From positions 1,364,001 through 1,428,000 of the forward strand of contig OZ287084.1 in assembly GCA_965645245.1 (NCBI GenBank): 64,000 nucleotides of DNA, read 5' to 3'. Below, piece after piece: positions 37,566-50,135 of this stretch; position 1 is the first letter of the stretch, and every line of letters begins with the position of its first letter. Source of the DNA: Massalongia carnosa. Taxonomy: Eukaryota. The notes below the pieces were generated by a model. It ran no database searches and had not been told where the DNA came from. It saw nothing but the letters and a program-made list of their open reading frames with translations. Made by a program: the position numbers and the translations under genes.

Positions 37566-37635
37566 GACACGGCTTCATCGAGATCTTTCTGACACGGCTC
37601 ATCAAGATCTTTCTGACACGGCTCATCAAGATCTT
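37566..37635. repeat. About 24-bp tandem repeat (GACACGGCTCATCAAGATCTTTCT) x3
   Basis: Directly visible, about 190 bp upstream of the ATG at 37375. Confidence 0.85.
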
Positions 37636-39052
37636 CCCGAGAAAAACACGTCCGTGCAACTTTTGTTTTCTTTTGTTGGTGGAGAAAAAAGGACCCGGCA
37701 ATATGGGTGATATAAGGGTCCACGAACATCGAACCAATGATCCCTTGCGACGCGAGCCTCACGGCCGATTGTGCATTGACACCGGCTCGCAACATGCCTC
37801 GACGAATCAGAGCGTTCCCATGCTAACGAGATTCCCTTTTCCGGGGAAGCGAGGACGATGTATATCCCGAGGTCAACTCTCGAAAAAAAAAGACACATAA
37901 CATGCCTTTTCCGCTGTTCGAGTTATAAGGCCTGAGCCACTCTAGTCCGGCACAAATAATGGATGAAACAAAGTAAGCTTGAAGAAACGTGCGTGCGCAG
38001 ATGACAGTTGCAAGCGAGCATTCTGGTTGCGCCTAGAACGCCCTGTATACATGGGTATGTGGGAATAGGATGAGGGTAAAATCCGCATCATGTTAATAAT
38101 CTCCAGTAACGTAGGAACACGCGAAAGGGAGTTGACCTGTTTCAGACATGTTTGCGCATGAGGATTCTTGCCTTCTTCTTGCATAGTGATTGAATATCAA
38201 TGATGTAAAAAGAAAGAAGAAACGTCAGGCTAAATATCACTCTTCGTCTGGAGAGCATTTTGCGAGTTGATTCTCGATACCTAGGAAACATATTCTACCT
38301 CTCTTCTCTCGTAAACAATACATTTCCTTAGCTTCCAAAGAGTCAAATTTATGAGGACATTCAACGTAAATGAACATATCGAAAGTCGTAGGCGTTATAG
38401 AGAACTCTATTCAATCCTTTAGAATAGTTATCCTTTGTTTCCTTTATGCATCTGCTTGAGCTGTTGGAGAGGTATTCTAAGCAACCTAGAACTTTATAAG
38501 TAGCTTATCGATTAGAACAGCCCTTTCAAAGGTCTTCTCAGCAAAAAATGGGTTCCACTTTGATCCTATCGGCTAGATCTATCGTCTGCTTCCGAGATAA
38601 AAATGCACGTTGTAGAGAGAGAGAACGCCTACATTATCAAGTACGGTATATTTCTTGATTGAGAGCTAAGGTCAAGCTTCAATTTGATCATCAGGGTATT
38701 AAAACCGTGATGATGTCCACACAAAGTCAGTAAAAAATCAACAACAATCAACATCTTGGCCCGACTTTAACTGGAGAATAATCTTGAGTATACTACCTTT
38801 AAAATTTACACGAAGTCGTCAACCTGTCGCATGTATGGTGGCCGTGAGTATTTCCTTACTCATCATTTTAGTCTTATTGCAGAGTTGCGTCTCCAAAAGA
38901 ATCGCGAAGGAAGTTGTTGGTAGAGGCGGCGATGACATCATCTCGTATCTCGTGTCTCGTATCTCGTCATGATTTTGGTATTCGACGAACAAGTTAGATC
39001 TCCTATTCTATTCCTTCTGCTGTTCAAGTATATCCAATATTCTATGAGCTAG

Positions 39053-40227
39053 ATGACAATGTGGTCAACAACAATTCCTGTATTCGCGCTTTGCTTTGTA
39101 AGGTTGAGCTATTGCAAAGATAGCCAAATCCCGCTAGCACTGGACAATCATGTCTACATCCCCTCTCTAGGATTCGGGACATGGAATCTGGACAAATCGA
39201 ATGTCTCCGAAGTGGTTTCTGTGGCCATTCAGACTGGTTATCGTCACCTAGACTGTGCTGCGGCTTACGGCAATGAGAAGGAGGTTGGTCGAGGCATTGC
39301 GGAAGGCATTCGGAAGGCTGGAATTGACCGCCTAGACCTATGGGTAACGTCAAAGCTGTGGAATAATCAGTAGGTCCCTTCTAAAGATTTATGTTTCTCA
39401 ATCATGAACTGCGGTGGCTTTTCCGGCCGCTCCCATTAACTCACTATACCACTCTAGTCATCGACCAGACCAAGTTGAAGCAGCTTTGGATCAGACGTTG
39501 TCTGACTTAGGCTTGGACTATATCGACCTTTACCTCATGCACTGGCCTGTGGCATCTACTCCTCATGGTAATGTGATCAATTACCTTGATGTGAGTCCCT
39601 TGCTTTTGTTGAGATAGCGTGACAAAATAGAGCTTAACCCTTCGAAAACAGACCTGGAACGCCATGGGGAAAATCTCTCGCCACAAAGCTCGTAACATTG
39701 GCGTCTGCAACTTTGCTCCGGACCAGCTAAAGCGTTTGGTTTTTGGATCGTATTTCAAGCCTGCGGTCCATCAAATGGAAGCCCACCCTTATCTTCAACA
39801 GGTCGATTACTTGGAGTGGCACAAGAAGCATGATATTACTTTCACGGCGTATTCCCCATTGGCTGGCACAAATCCTACATACCATTCTCCCGATTCTCAT
39901 GAGAACCTGCCCCCTCCCTTACTTAAAAACCCAACCGTTTCGCTGATTGCAAAAAAACGAGGATGTACACCTGCCCAGGTTGCAGTGGCGTGGGGAATTG
40001 GTAGAGGAACCATTGTGATACCAAAGAGCTCTCACGCTGCGCACATCAAGGAAAATTTCGACGCTTTGAATTGCGAACTGCACGAGGAAGATTTTCAAAC
40101 AATAGGAGAGCTTCGAGAGAAATATTTAAAGCGGTATAACAATCCTTCGAAGAGATGGGGCGTAGACCTTTTCAAAGGGTTGGAAGATGTAGACTATGCA
40201 TCTAAATGCGGATTATTGTGTGACTAA
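39053..40227 (+). CDS. Aldo-keto reductase (AKR1/Gcy1-like) with an N-terminal hydrophobic extension (introns 39370-39457, 39591-39651)
   Basis: IPSLGFGTW, GYRHLDCAAAYGNEKEVG, VTSKLWN, YIDLYLMHWP, IGVCNF, QMEAHPYLQQ, AYSPL, VIPKS; catalytic D/Y/K/H residues are present. Confidence 0.92.
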
Positions 40228-40887
40228 AAAGGAACTGCGAGATGTGCATCAGAAAAGGCAACGAACCAATCAAATTACCTTAAGGAGTTACAAAAGAAGC
40301 CCATGATAAGGCAAATCGCCTTTGAAGATAGGCAATAAAGTAGTAGAATAAATTTATTTTCTTTGCTGCGTTTAGCAACTTACCGAGGACCTTTCTGCGT
40401 GCTGCAATTGCTATTGTCTTCGTCATGGTTTAACGTAGTATATAAGAAACTTTTTTTTATGTTCAGAATTCTCAGAAATTCCACACAACTTTTGAAGCAA
40501 TTATGCTGGCTCTGAACACCCTTGCTAACGTCTTCAGAGTTGAGCTTGCCTTGATGGTTGAAGTACCACGAGTAAGAGAAGGAAGACAAGCATTCTCGAC
40601 GTTCGACCTAACCGCAAGCTTGAATATTAAATGTCCAATTAGTGTGAATGATAAAGCAAGGTTAAACTCTTTTGCGACGTTGCTTTTGAGCGATGCGCGT
40701 GTTATAGTCTTTTTAGAAATTGCTACTTCAGTCCATGCCTAAAACCAAACTTTCTTAAATCGATAGCTTGGGTAGGATGACTTCTTTGTCAGCTTCTCCT
40801 ACTACAGAATCAGCAGCTTTGTTCACTCTAGTATCCAAGAGAGATCGGCTGACATCATGGAACACTTCCTTCAATGGTGTGAATCCT

Positions 40888-42415
40888 ATGAATCCATCTC
40901 TACTGTCATTTGAATTTGCAGTCATCTGCATGTCTCTAATCAGCGGATTATTTGCATTTATAGCCCGGCTTTTATTCTACTTTTTATTGATTTTTGCGTT
41001 GATGGTATGCGCGTTACTCTCTACATTAATATGCCGTCTTCGAGCTACTATTCTTAGGCTTGTTCCCATCTATGGCTTTCTAATGGGGCATTGGCTTCAG
41101 CAATGATCTATTCGTAAGTCCTGTTTACTGCCGCCCTCGCTTAGAAGTTAATGGTCCGGTACAGTGGATTTGCTTCCGTTTACGCTCTCATACTAGTCAG
41201 ATATACCGCTTTGCAAAAGTATGACGATGATCCTTATCTCACAGGAGACATTGATATGCAAGCCATTTGGTGTATATTGAGCGCTGGATGGTTCACCATC
41301 GTCCCTTTACTAAGCTAGTCTTCGACCTTGCGACAGGTTAAGGCTAGGTCTATCTTCATGTATTGGACGATTTTTATTGGTTTTGGGGTCATTTGTGCTG
41401 TAATAAAAACCGGAACTATTAAATTATTTCAGCATTTATTGGGCCAGAGTAGTAGCAATTTGTGATCGCGATCCTAATAGTGGTCTCCTGGGCTGGATGG
41501 GGGCTAGCTCGTTCCCATTCTGGCCTTCATGGTCTTGTCGAAACTGCCAGCCAATACGGGGGCCTAAACACAAATCTCAAACTTCCAACTGGCATGTAGA
41601 TGGTTCCATATTTCCAAAGGGAAGTTTTCCGCGGATATTTGGTGTATGCCCTTAACAAAAAAAAATCTGTGAACCAGGTTTCGACATATTTTCTTCCATT
41701 TGTTTTCCTTCAATGGCTATACGCTTATTGAAGCGGTAGCCGGATTCCGAGCGAGGCAAGAGACTATATCTTTCTTGTTATTCGAGGGGGACAAAAGTCG
41801 ATGTATCAATCGACAAGATTCGTAGTTGCGTTATCGATCGCCGATGGGATTTATAGTTCTGTGTTGATACATCTTGTGATTTGTCTTCTTTTATTCATCT
41901 TCAATATTATCTTCAACGAGATTGATATGCTATATTGGCCTTAGGATGAGCCACATACAGCCGTGGGCTAGTGGTCTTAAATCGTTATGAGTTCGCTCTG
42001 CTTTGCAGCTCTCATTTTAAACAATTTTCACTATCGTTGGCGAAAGAAAGTGAAGAAATGTTGGGCACTTGCGATTACGAAGATTTTCAGGCGTCGAAAG
42101 CAACCTTCTTCAGACCCTTCCAATCTTGAGAGCGCATTCACGCAAAAAGTACCGCTCGCCGCGATTCACAGTCACAAGACTTTCGGATTCGAGAAGCTAC
42201 AAACTTTACAATCCATTGAATATCTGCATGCCGCCTTTTCCAAAAATGTTCTCTCGACTGCATCAAGTGCTACCACAAGCTCGACAAGGATGGCAGGATT
42301 TCCGCCCTTGGCTCAAAGATCTAATTGCAGTCTTAATCTAATGCCGCTTCTTCCAAAGTCAAGGAGCGGCAAAGAAGCATTTGCGGTGCCTGGCCGGAAC
42401 CGTCCGGGGGCGTAG
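40888..42415 (+). pseudogene. Degenerate multi-pass membrane protein gene (uncharacterised fungal family)
   Basis: ISGLFAFIARLLFYFLLIFALM, intron GTATGC..TAG, then HLWLSNGALASAMIYS, intron GTAAGT. Later DIDMQAIWCILSAGWFTIVPLLS*SSTLR has an in-frame TAG at 41316-41318; further hydrophobic segments run to about 42.4 kb. Confidence 0.55.
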
Positions 42416-43599
42416 TCGGTTCGCTAACAACAAATTATAGTTTTAGGGTTTCCCAACCTGGCAATCGGCCAAGGCCTAAATCTTTGTGATATTCCGAGGT
42501 GTCGGGGAGGGAAGAAATGAAGACTTAGAGGTTAGAATATTACATGTACGGGTATCGCATATCTAGGCTGAGCCTTGAATCGTGGTTATTTTCCGGCTTT
42601 CCTGTCGTTTCAGTCCGAGGCGTCGTTTTCTTCTTCTACATTCCAATTCGAGCCTTTTCCAAAGACCCCGAACAGACACGAAAGAGACAAGGATGGAGCT
42701 GAAGATAAGATTAAGAAAGGGGTTGGGAGTTGAGATGGGAATAGGTATGGGAATGAGACTTATTTCTTTCCAATATTTGGCATTTCTCGAGTGTACCTAA
42801 CTGAAAGGATTCATCGGTCATGTCCTTTTCCTGCCTCGATCTCGACCCTGATCTTCTTCTCCGTCTCGCTCAATCCTCCGTCCTTTATAACGTAACCATC
42901 ATGATCCACTCCGAGGCCTCAGCCCGACCAGTCAACCGTTCTTGTAATCAACCGTTCTTGTAACATTGAGATATCACCATATAACGGTCTTTATCTATCT
43001 GTTTGTTCGGTAAGTTTCCAAGTCATTGTGAGCCCGCCTTGATTATATATAGCTAGATCACCCAAGACGCAAATCTCCTCGATTTTTGCACTACTTCTGA
43101 TGGAGATGAACGCGGTTGAATAGCTGGGTTATCTGTAATAAAATTTTCGAGATGTTGACTGCTTAAAACGATAAATCGGGGTCATCCACTATTAATTAAT
43201 AACCTACAGTTTCGAGATTTAAGTTATGGGCGTCAATCGCACGTAGATGTCTCGAGACTACTTTATGTGCTGCCTACTCTCTCTTTGTGCGCTTTCATTC
43301 AAAATCTTTCATGCTCGGTTTGTCCAGTGTAGGTGTTCCTTGCATAACATTAAAATCTCTATCAATTTCCGCATGCATATCTCTAAGACAATCATACCAA
43401 CAAAAGAGCTGTTAACATGATCATAAACGCGATGTGAACAAAATCGTGAGTAACCGAATTTATTCGACAACTTACACTGATTGAATAATCAACTAAAACA
43501 GAACCTTGCAATCAGAAATAGATATCTTCCGTCCATTCAAGATCTGCTTGGAACTTTAAAGGATTTCTTAACCAGACCGCTAAATTTTGCTTCAATTTC

Positions 43600-44582
43600 A
43601 TGGCTCAAAAGTCATCAAATTTACATGATTTATTTTCTGAGCTTGTGCAAGTCCACGGTGCTAAGTACGGGAAAATACGAGACCAAACCTATCTATACCC
43701 TTCACTTGGTAGATGTGTGGCTGCTTTATCTTCTGAAAGGATCCAAGGGCGCGATATTGTGACATACATGTATGAAGACGGCCAATGTGTTCGCATAGTC
43801 GAAAACCACGGTACCCTCTCTGGTGACGTTCCCCGACTTCGTCAAAATTTGCCGCCATTGGAAGGGCATTATGAAGTCGACGGCAACAATATCCGCGCTA
43901 TTTCGAGTTTGCCATTACCTCCCCCGCTCGATGACAACTCTGAAGACATCAGTGCCGAGTTTACCTTGCTGTGTTCAATTTGGGTGAATCCGGCGAACCA
44001 TTTCGTCAAGAAAGACAAATATAGGAGTAAAATACCTATTCTGCTCAAGTGCCAGGGAGGCGTATGTTTAGGAAAACCACTCTCCCCTTATATCGTTTAG
44101 CTCCTCGTTAACTCTTCAAATGGTGAACTGTTTTCGAGAAACTAATTCCACGATACTTCATCCTTTACCGATTCTCCTCTGTTGCCATTTATAAGCGTTG
44201 GGCTCTCCACATTGTTGCTGCTCTGCAATGTCATCACTTCCTAGGTCTGGTCTATCATGACCTCCGCATTGAAAACCCGCTCTTCTCGGAAGATAGCGTT
44301 TGGCAGTTTGTGACCTTTGAGTGCTGCTGGGGATTGCGTTATACCCCCGAGTCATCCCTGATCATGGGTTGGATTCTAGTTAGGCAGAGAAATCAGATAT
44401 TTACTACCTTAGCACATGCATTGAGGGTTTGATTTACGCTAACAATTCCCTTACAGACTAAGTCGAGTGGCCTGTCCCGCTGCCATTTGATGCTATTGAT
44501 GAAGCGTGTAAGCGTGCGTCACCTCGAGAACGGCCCCTCGTTGGACGACTTGATTACCATGATGGAGGCGATAGAGGAGTGA
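43600..44582 (+). pseudogene. Protein kinase-like pseudogene
   Basis: HFVKK.KY.S.I..LLKCQGG, SPYIV* (stop where a Q is expected), then fragments HDLRIEN (catalytic-loop-like), VCDL*, EKSDIY and ERPLV, interrupted by stops and frameshifts. Confidence 0.65.
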
Positions 44583-46215
44583 GATTAATTGGTAAAAATG
44601 AAGGTAGACAGATAATCCATCAAGTGCGAGGTATTTATAATTTAACAACATCCCAAGTCAACGAATTATCCTAAATATTGGATAGGTAGAACTTTATCGA
44701 ATCGTGGAATCCGTGAGACACTATTATATGATCTAACAATATACTTGATGATCTATAGATTAAAATAGCGAGCTAGCTGCGAATAAAGATTACCAGAGCA
44801 TGCTGTGGGCAGAAAAAATCGTACGCAAAACTTTTTGACAACATACCATGACAACGCTCCAAATTGCTCCATTAAGACAAGATCTCCCTCCCTCCAAGAT
44901 ATGTCTGGCGAGTTGTTGTCATCCGCAAAGACATAATAGCCTATAAACCAGAATTCTCCTTGCGGTCGAGTTGGTTGGTGCAAGCGGAACTAAAGATCTA
45001 TAATTAGCTACCGCGGCGTCAACGCCTCTTACAAAAAAGAACGGCCTACGTTATTCCAGCTGCGTCAAACTGTCTTAATACTCGCTATTGTGCCGTTCGA
45101 TTCGACTATCAGGACAACAACTTTCTCGCTGATAAGTGTTGCTTCTGGAAAAGGTTGGTTTGCACGAGCACGAAATGGTGTTTTCGGGATAGGGGCAGTA
45201 GCGGCGTGGATTTCCGCCCCTGCAAGTTCTATCATATTTGTCTTTGTCAGTTGAAGAGTCTTGCGTAAAGTTACGTATCTGACAACTACTCGATAGTTGA
45301 AAGAGCTATCGATATCATAGTAGAATAATGTTATGTTACATCCAGTTTTTCAAGACTCAATGATTATACCAAAGAATTGAACTATTCTGAAGGAACTGGA
45401 AACTTTCTCCAAGCGCTTAGTAGACATTAAATCTGTGTAGATATCGAGATATTATCCAAACCATCGATATCGCAGCCACTACTTTGATACCCGCGATTAT
45501 TTATATCATACTGTATTTAAGCCCTCATAACAATAAGCAAACTCTCTTGCCACTACCATTGGGGTTTTCCGATACACCCCTCGGTAGTATGTAGCACGTT
45601 TCATCAGGTTCAACGGACAGGACAGGATTACCTTTACATCCGTCTTCTTCGTAGATGTACACATTGCGGAGAAGTGATGGAGGTTCCAACGTAAATTTCA
45701 CGCTCCCAAAGACCTTTCGAGGTTCAGAATTATCGGGACTAGAGATATAGGGATCCTGATGCAGTCATCCTTATTGAAATAGTGTGTTTGCTCATTCGGG
45801 AAGTACTCGTTGGGTTGATTTAGTGTCTCGCAATCGCTTCATTGGAAAAACATCCCGTTGATATCTGGAGGATCAATGTAAAGCTGCGGGACCGCCATTG
45901 CAGCTATACACAAGACTGTTAGTATGGAAAGAACCTAATTCTCGTTAGAATGAAATAATTGATAGTGCTTAGGTTAGTGTTCTTGCCTGCATGGTTGTCA
46001 AAGTTGTCGATGGTCAATCGGAAAGTTGATGAAGTTGAACCTAGCAAGTGATGAGCCGTTGATTCAAATTATCAACAGTGTGAACAAAGGCAGGGCGGGT
46101 GACTGACTTTGACTCTAGCTATACTTTAAGCGGGAGAGAGGGTGCTTTACGGCGAGAGTTAATAGATCTTTATATGTTCGAGTTCACTGGAATGCCACAA
46201 AAATCGGACTAACTA

Positions 46216-46321
46216 GTTGAACTCATGGTTCCCTCAACCGTTGAACTCATGGTTCCCTCAACCGTTGAACCCATGGTTCCCTCAACCGTTGAACTCATGG
46301 TTCCCTCAACCGTTGAACTCA
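46216..46321. repeat. 24-bp tandem repeat (GTTGAACTCATGGTTCCCTCAACC) x4.4
   Basis: Directly visible; one substitution in copy 3. Confidence 0.92.
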
Positions 46322-47327
46322 AGAAAGTCCCTGTTCCTTCGATCTAGAACCAAATCGAAATATACGACATCGCTTGACGAATGTAGACGTAATATGGCTA
46401 GCTGTCTTGGGAGCTGTAACTCTTTTCGCTGCATTCTAGAGAACTGCTGGGTTTTGAGCAGCTGTGGCGCTTTTCGGCCGAAGTAAATACATGAGGAAGC
46501 CAATCATAACCAGCGAGCGAAGAAATCGTATTTGATATATTTATTTTTCAGGCCCTGAGGCTGTATGGGTGATTGAAGAGTTTTCGATGATTGCCTGCCA
46601 TTTCATTTGTTCTGTGCTTCGGGCGGCCCAGTTCGGAAAATTGCTTAAATCCAGTCCAGTCTGGTTAGCGTAGGAGATGCACAAGCCATTGACAAACTCT
46701 AAGCAAGCAATCTACTCGTTTGAGCAATGATGGTAGTAAGAGCATGCATCTTGACGATTTCCGAGCGGTGCTACATCGTGACAGAGTCAGCTGGTTGCAC
46801 GGAGAGGTATCAATCAAAGCTCGGTATCGGAGCTGTACGGCCGCAAGCCACTGGTCATCAGGTTACATATCTCCGCCGCCTGGATTCGATGATATAAGAG
46901 GCGAAAGAACTCCGGAGTAAGATGCGAATGCACCGAACCAGGATATGGCATCAGAGATCTGGACCGGCCCGAAAAATGTTGCTCTTCCATAGCCGATTAA
47001 TTTTTTAATAGAAAAAGTCAAGTTGTTACGAGATGGCATAAAAGGACACTCAACGTTTGAATCATGCAGATTTGTTCCTGTAGCATCATGGTAGTCAGGC
47101 CTGGGGTTCCGGTAAGTAGGAGGAAGGAGACGAAAGGGTCCGTGGGTGGAGTAGGTGGGTGATTCTAATAATTGATGGAGGGAGATAGTAAAGCGTATTA
47201 AAGGAGTGATGACGGGGTTAGCGGGATAGCTAGAAAGGAGTACACAGCAAATTTCCCTTTTGATTATTTTACATGCGTCGCAGCCCTCCCAACGGTGCGA
47301 AAAGAATAACCATCGCTGTCTACAGGT

Positions 47328-48947
47328 TTAGACAACTTCCAACCCAGAACTGCCGTGCCCTGCAATCTCGTTGTTTAAGAGCTTCGCCTGGGCCGAGTAC
47401 TTGCAGCGCTCACGAATTGCAGCGCCGTACCTGCTGAAGATGAATGGGAACGGAAGACAAAGCAAAGACAAAAAAGCAGGGACGCTGGTTCCCCAATGAA
47501 TACCAAGCCTGGCATATAGCGCCGTGGTGAAGAGCGGGAACGCGGCGCCGAAGATGGAGCGTAAGATGGAACAGGATGCCAGCGCTGAGGCGGCATAGAC
47601 GGTGTAAGAGTCGATAAGGTAGTTCATCGAGCCGAGGAATATGAGAACCATACCAAAGCCGAAGGGGGCTGCGAGCACAATGCAAGCCATAAAGTGGATG
47701 GAGGGAAAGTTGGTCCAGGCGAAGGCGAAAATACCGACTGGAAGCACGACAGCGCCGATCATGGCCGGCGGGAGCCTGGACTCGGGAGGCGCGAAGCCGT
47801 GGTGTTCTTTGGATACTTTCTCGTATCGCCAGTTGTCGATGACTGCATACACAACAGCAAGCATCATTCCGACCAAGACACCGAGAAATGCAAGCCCACC
47901 GACCCCTTCAGACCAGCCATAGGTTTCTTGAAAGATAAATGGGAAGCCGGCAAACATTAGATATAACATTCCATAAACTAGGACATATATTAGTGATGGT
48001 TTCAAGACCTGTCGAGATCATAGCTATGTACCGATAGCCATGAAGATGGAAAGTAGAAGTACAATCGGCTCGAACGCCAAGAGAGCCCACGGTCTTGTCA
48101 AGGAAACTTTCAGCGTATGTCCCAAAGTCTTGGTGCCATGATCCGCCTCTAGCTTGCTGATATAAACCTTACCGGTAATCTTGCTCAGTTTCGCTGCACG
48201 CTTTCTCAATAGTACGGGCGCGTACGTCTCAGGAACTAGGAGGATACCCAGGATCCAGAGAGCTCCAGTTATGATAGCCATCAGCCCTTGCATCCATCTC
48301 CAACCTTTATTCTGAGTGAAGAAGCCTCCTACCAAGGGACCCAGGGTAGGGCCGAAGAAAGGCGCACAGGAAAATATTGATAAAGCTAACCCACGCTCAA
48401 CTGGAGGAAACATGTCGGCAATCACGCCACCAGCATTGGTCAACGGCGAGCAACCAAAAAATCCGGCTAGAAATCGTAGGAGAAGAAGCGTTATTATATT
48501 CCGGGAGCCAGCACAGCCAGTGTTGAAGGCCGTTAGTGCCATGAAGGTGACGAAGAAAATTATCTGCCGGCCAAACATCTCAGAAAGAGGGGCCCATAAC
48601 AACGCCCCAACGCCAAAGCCCAGGACGAAAAGCGAAATCCCTGCCGTCACAACCTCTGTGCGAGCGCTAAACTCCTGCTCAATCTCTTTTAATCCACCAG
48701 TATATGCCGACGAGACAAGTGTAGCACCCAGAGTTGCAAAGGTAACCAGAAGAGTTATGATCCACTTCTTCGACTTGTCGAAACTCATAGGATTACGAGG
48801 GTCATCACGGATCCATTCGACCGCGAAAGGGTCCTCTGTAGTTCCAGACCCACGATAATGACTCTTGAGGACATCCTTGGTGACAAGGGACTGAGAGGCC
48901 ACAAGCTGCCAGTGTTTGATAGGAATGCTATAAAATGATTTTACCAT
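47328..48947 (-). CDS. MFS drug:H+ antiporter (DHA1, Tpo1/Flr1-like); intron 48031-47978
   Basis: W..DDPRNPMSF, SLFVLGFGVGALLWAPLSEMFGR, RFLAGFFG, GGVIADMF, GPTLGP, GWRW, PETYAP, PESRL, YLIDSY..YAASA. Confidence 0.93.
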
Positions 48948-50135
48948 CTTGGACCTAAAACCACCAAGCTAAAAAAGCGATATACAACAGGCAAGATTAA
49001 AACCTCTCAGCAACTACAAGGACCACACAGCGACTTTCTTGCTGGACTTGGGCTGAACTCTACCAAGAAGAATGCCAAGACTTCCCGTTGGCGGTTGTGT
49101 GAAGAGGGATGAGATTAAGGAGTAGTTTGATCCAATACACAAGGAATAGCGGTTAGTGTGCTGGATTGGGCGTTTTTTTCCTGGAGTATGGCGTGCTGTT
49201 GACCAAGTGCAGGAACTATCGTTAGCTCGCTCTCCTTGACACAGACCGCTCTGGTGCTTTCCCGAAGGGTCCCTCAGAAACATGAGCCCATCCTCTAAAG
49301 ACGAAACGACCATGTTGGCCGGTGGGACGAAGCCGGAGATAGTATAACCTTTGGGTATAATCCGATAGAGTTTCATGCGGTTCCTAACAACATACAGACG
49401 AGTGAGAAGGACAATGACGTGAGACGGCAGCGGCCTTCGGGGTTCGGGCTAGGGACTATCCGCAAATATCAAGGAACCAATCTCGCATCAAAGTTGAAGT
49501 ATGTTGCCCGATCGAGGCTTATGGAGCACATATTATTTCTGTCATCCGATTGTTGAAGACCAGTGAAGATGAACGTGAAGAACAATGAAAGACAAGACGA
49601 AGGAGCGACGATTAAATTATTGGTGGGTTCGCAGCCAGGATGCGTTAGGATGACGATGAAGACGTTAAAGGCGGTCAATGACGCGACTTAGACATGGATC
49701 GATAAAACCATGTACGCGAGAAGGAGTTGCCGTTAAGCGTAAGCAAGAGAATGAAAATCCGCCGTTAATACTATTACATAAGTTGTGCGATCTAATGTGA
49801 GCATAGGATGATAACGATGGATCATGACAGCGTTATCTTGGATTCCTTCAGGTAGGATGACTGCTTGAACTCAAGGGATAGGCGCGTTAGACCGTTTCCG
49901 CTTACTTTGCGCTCTCAATAAGACTATTTGAGCAGTAAGCGAAAAAAAGACGCGAGTTCTGAAGTCAATAAACACTAGATTAAAGTTTGTACAACTTATT
50001 CTCGGCTTGATGACTATTCATGTGAACGTATTTTAAGACCAAAGCGATCTGCAATCCCTGTAATCAAGGACACTACCATCCGCCGACTAAGGCAAATTGC
50101 TTTATCAATGAGTTATCACAAACTGGTTGAGATAA

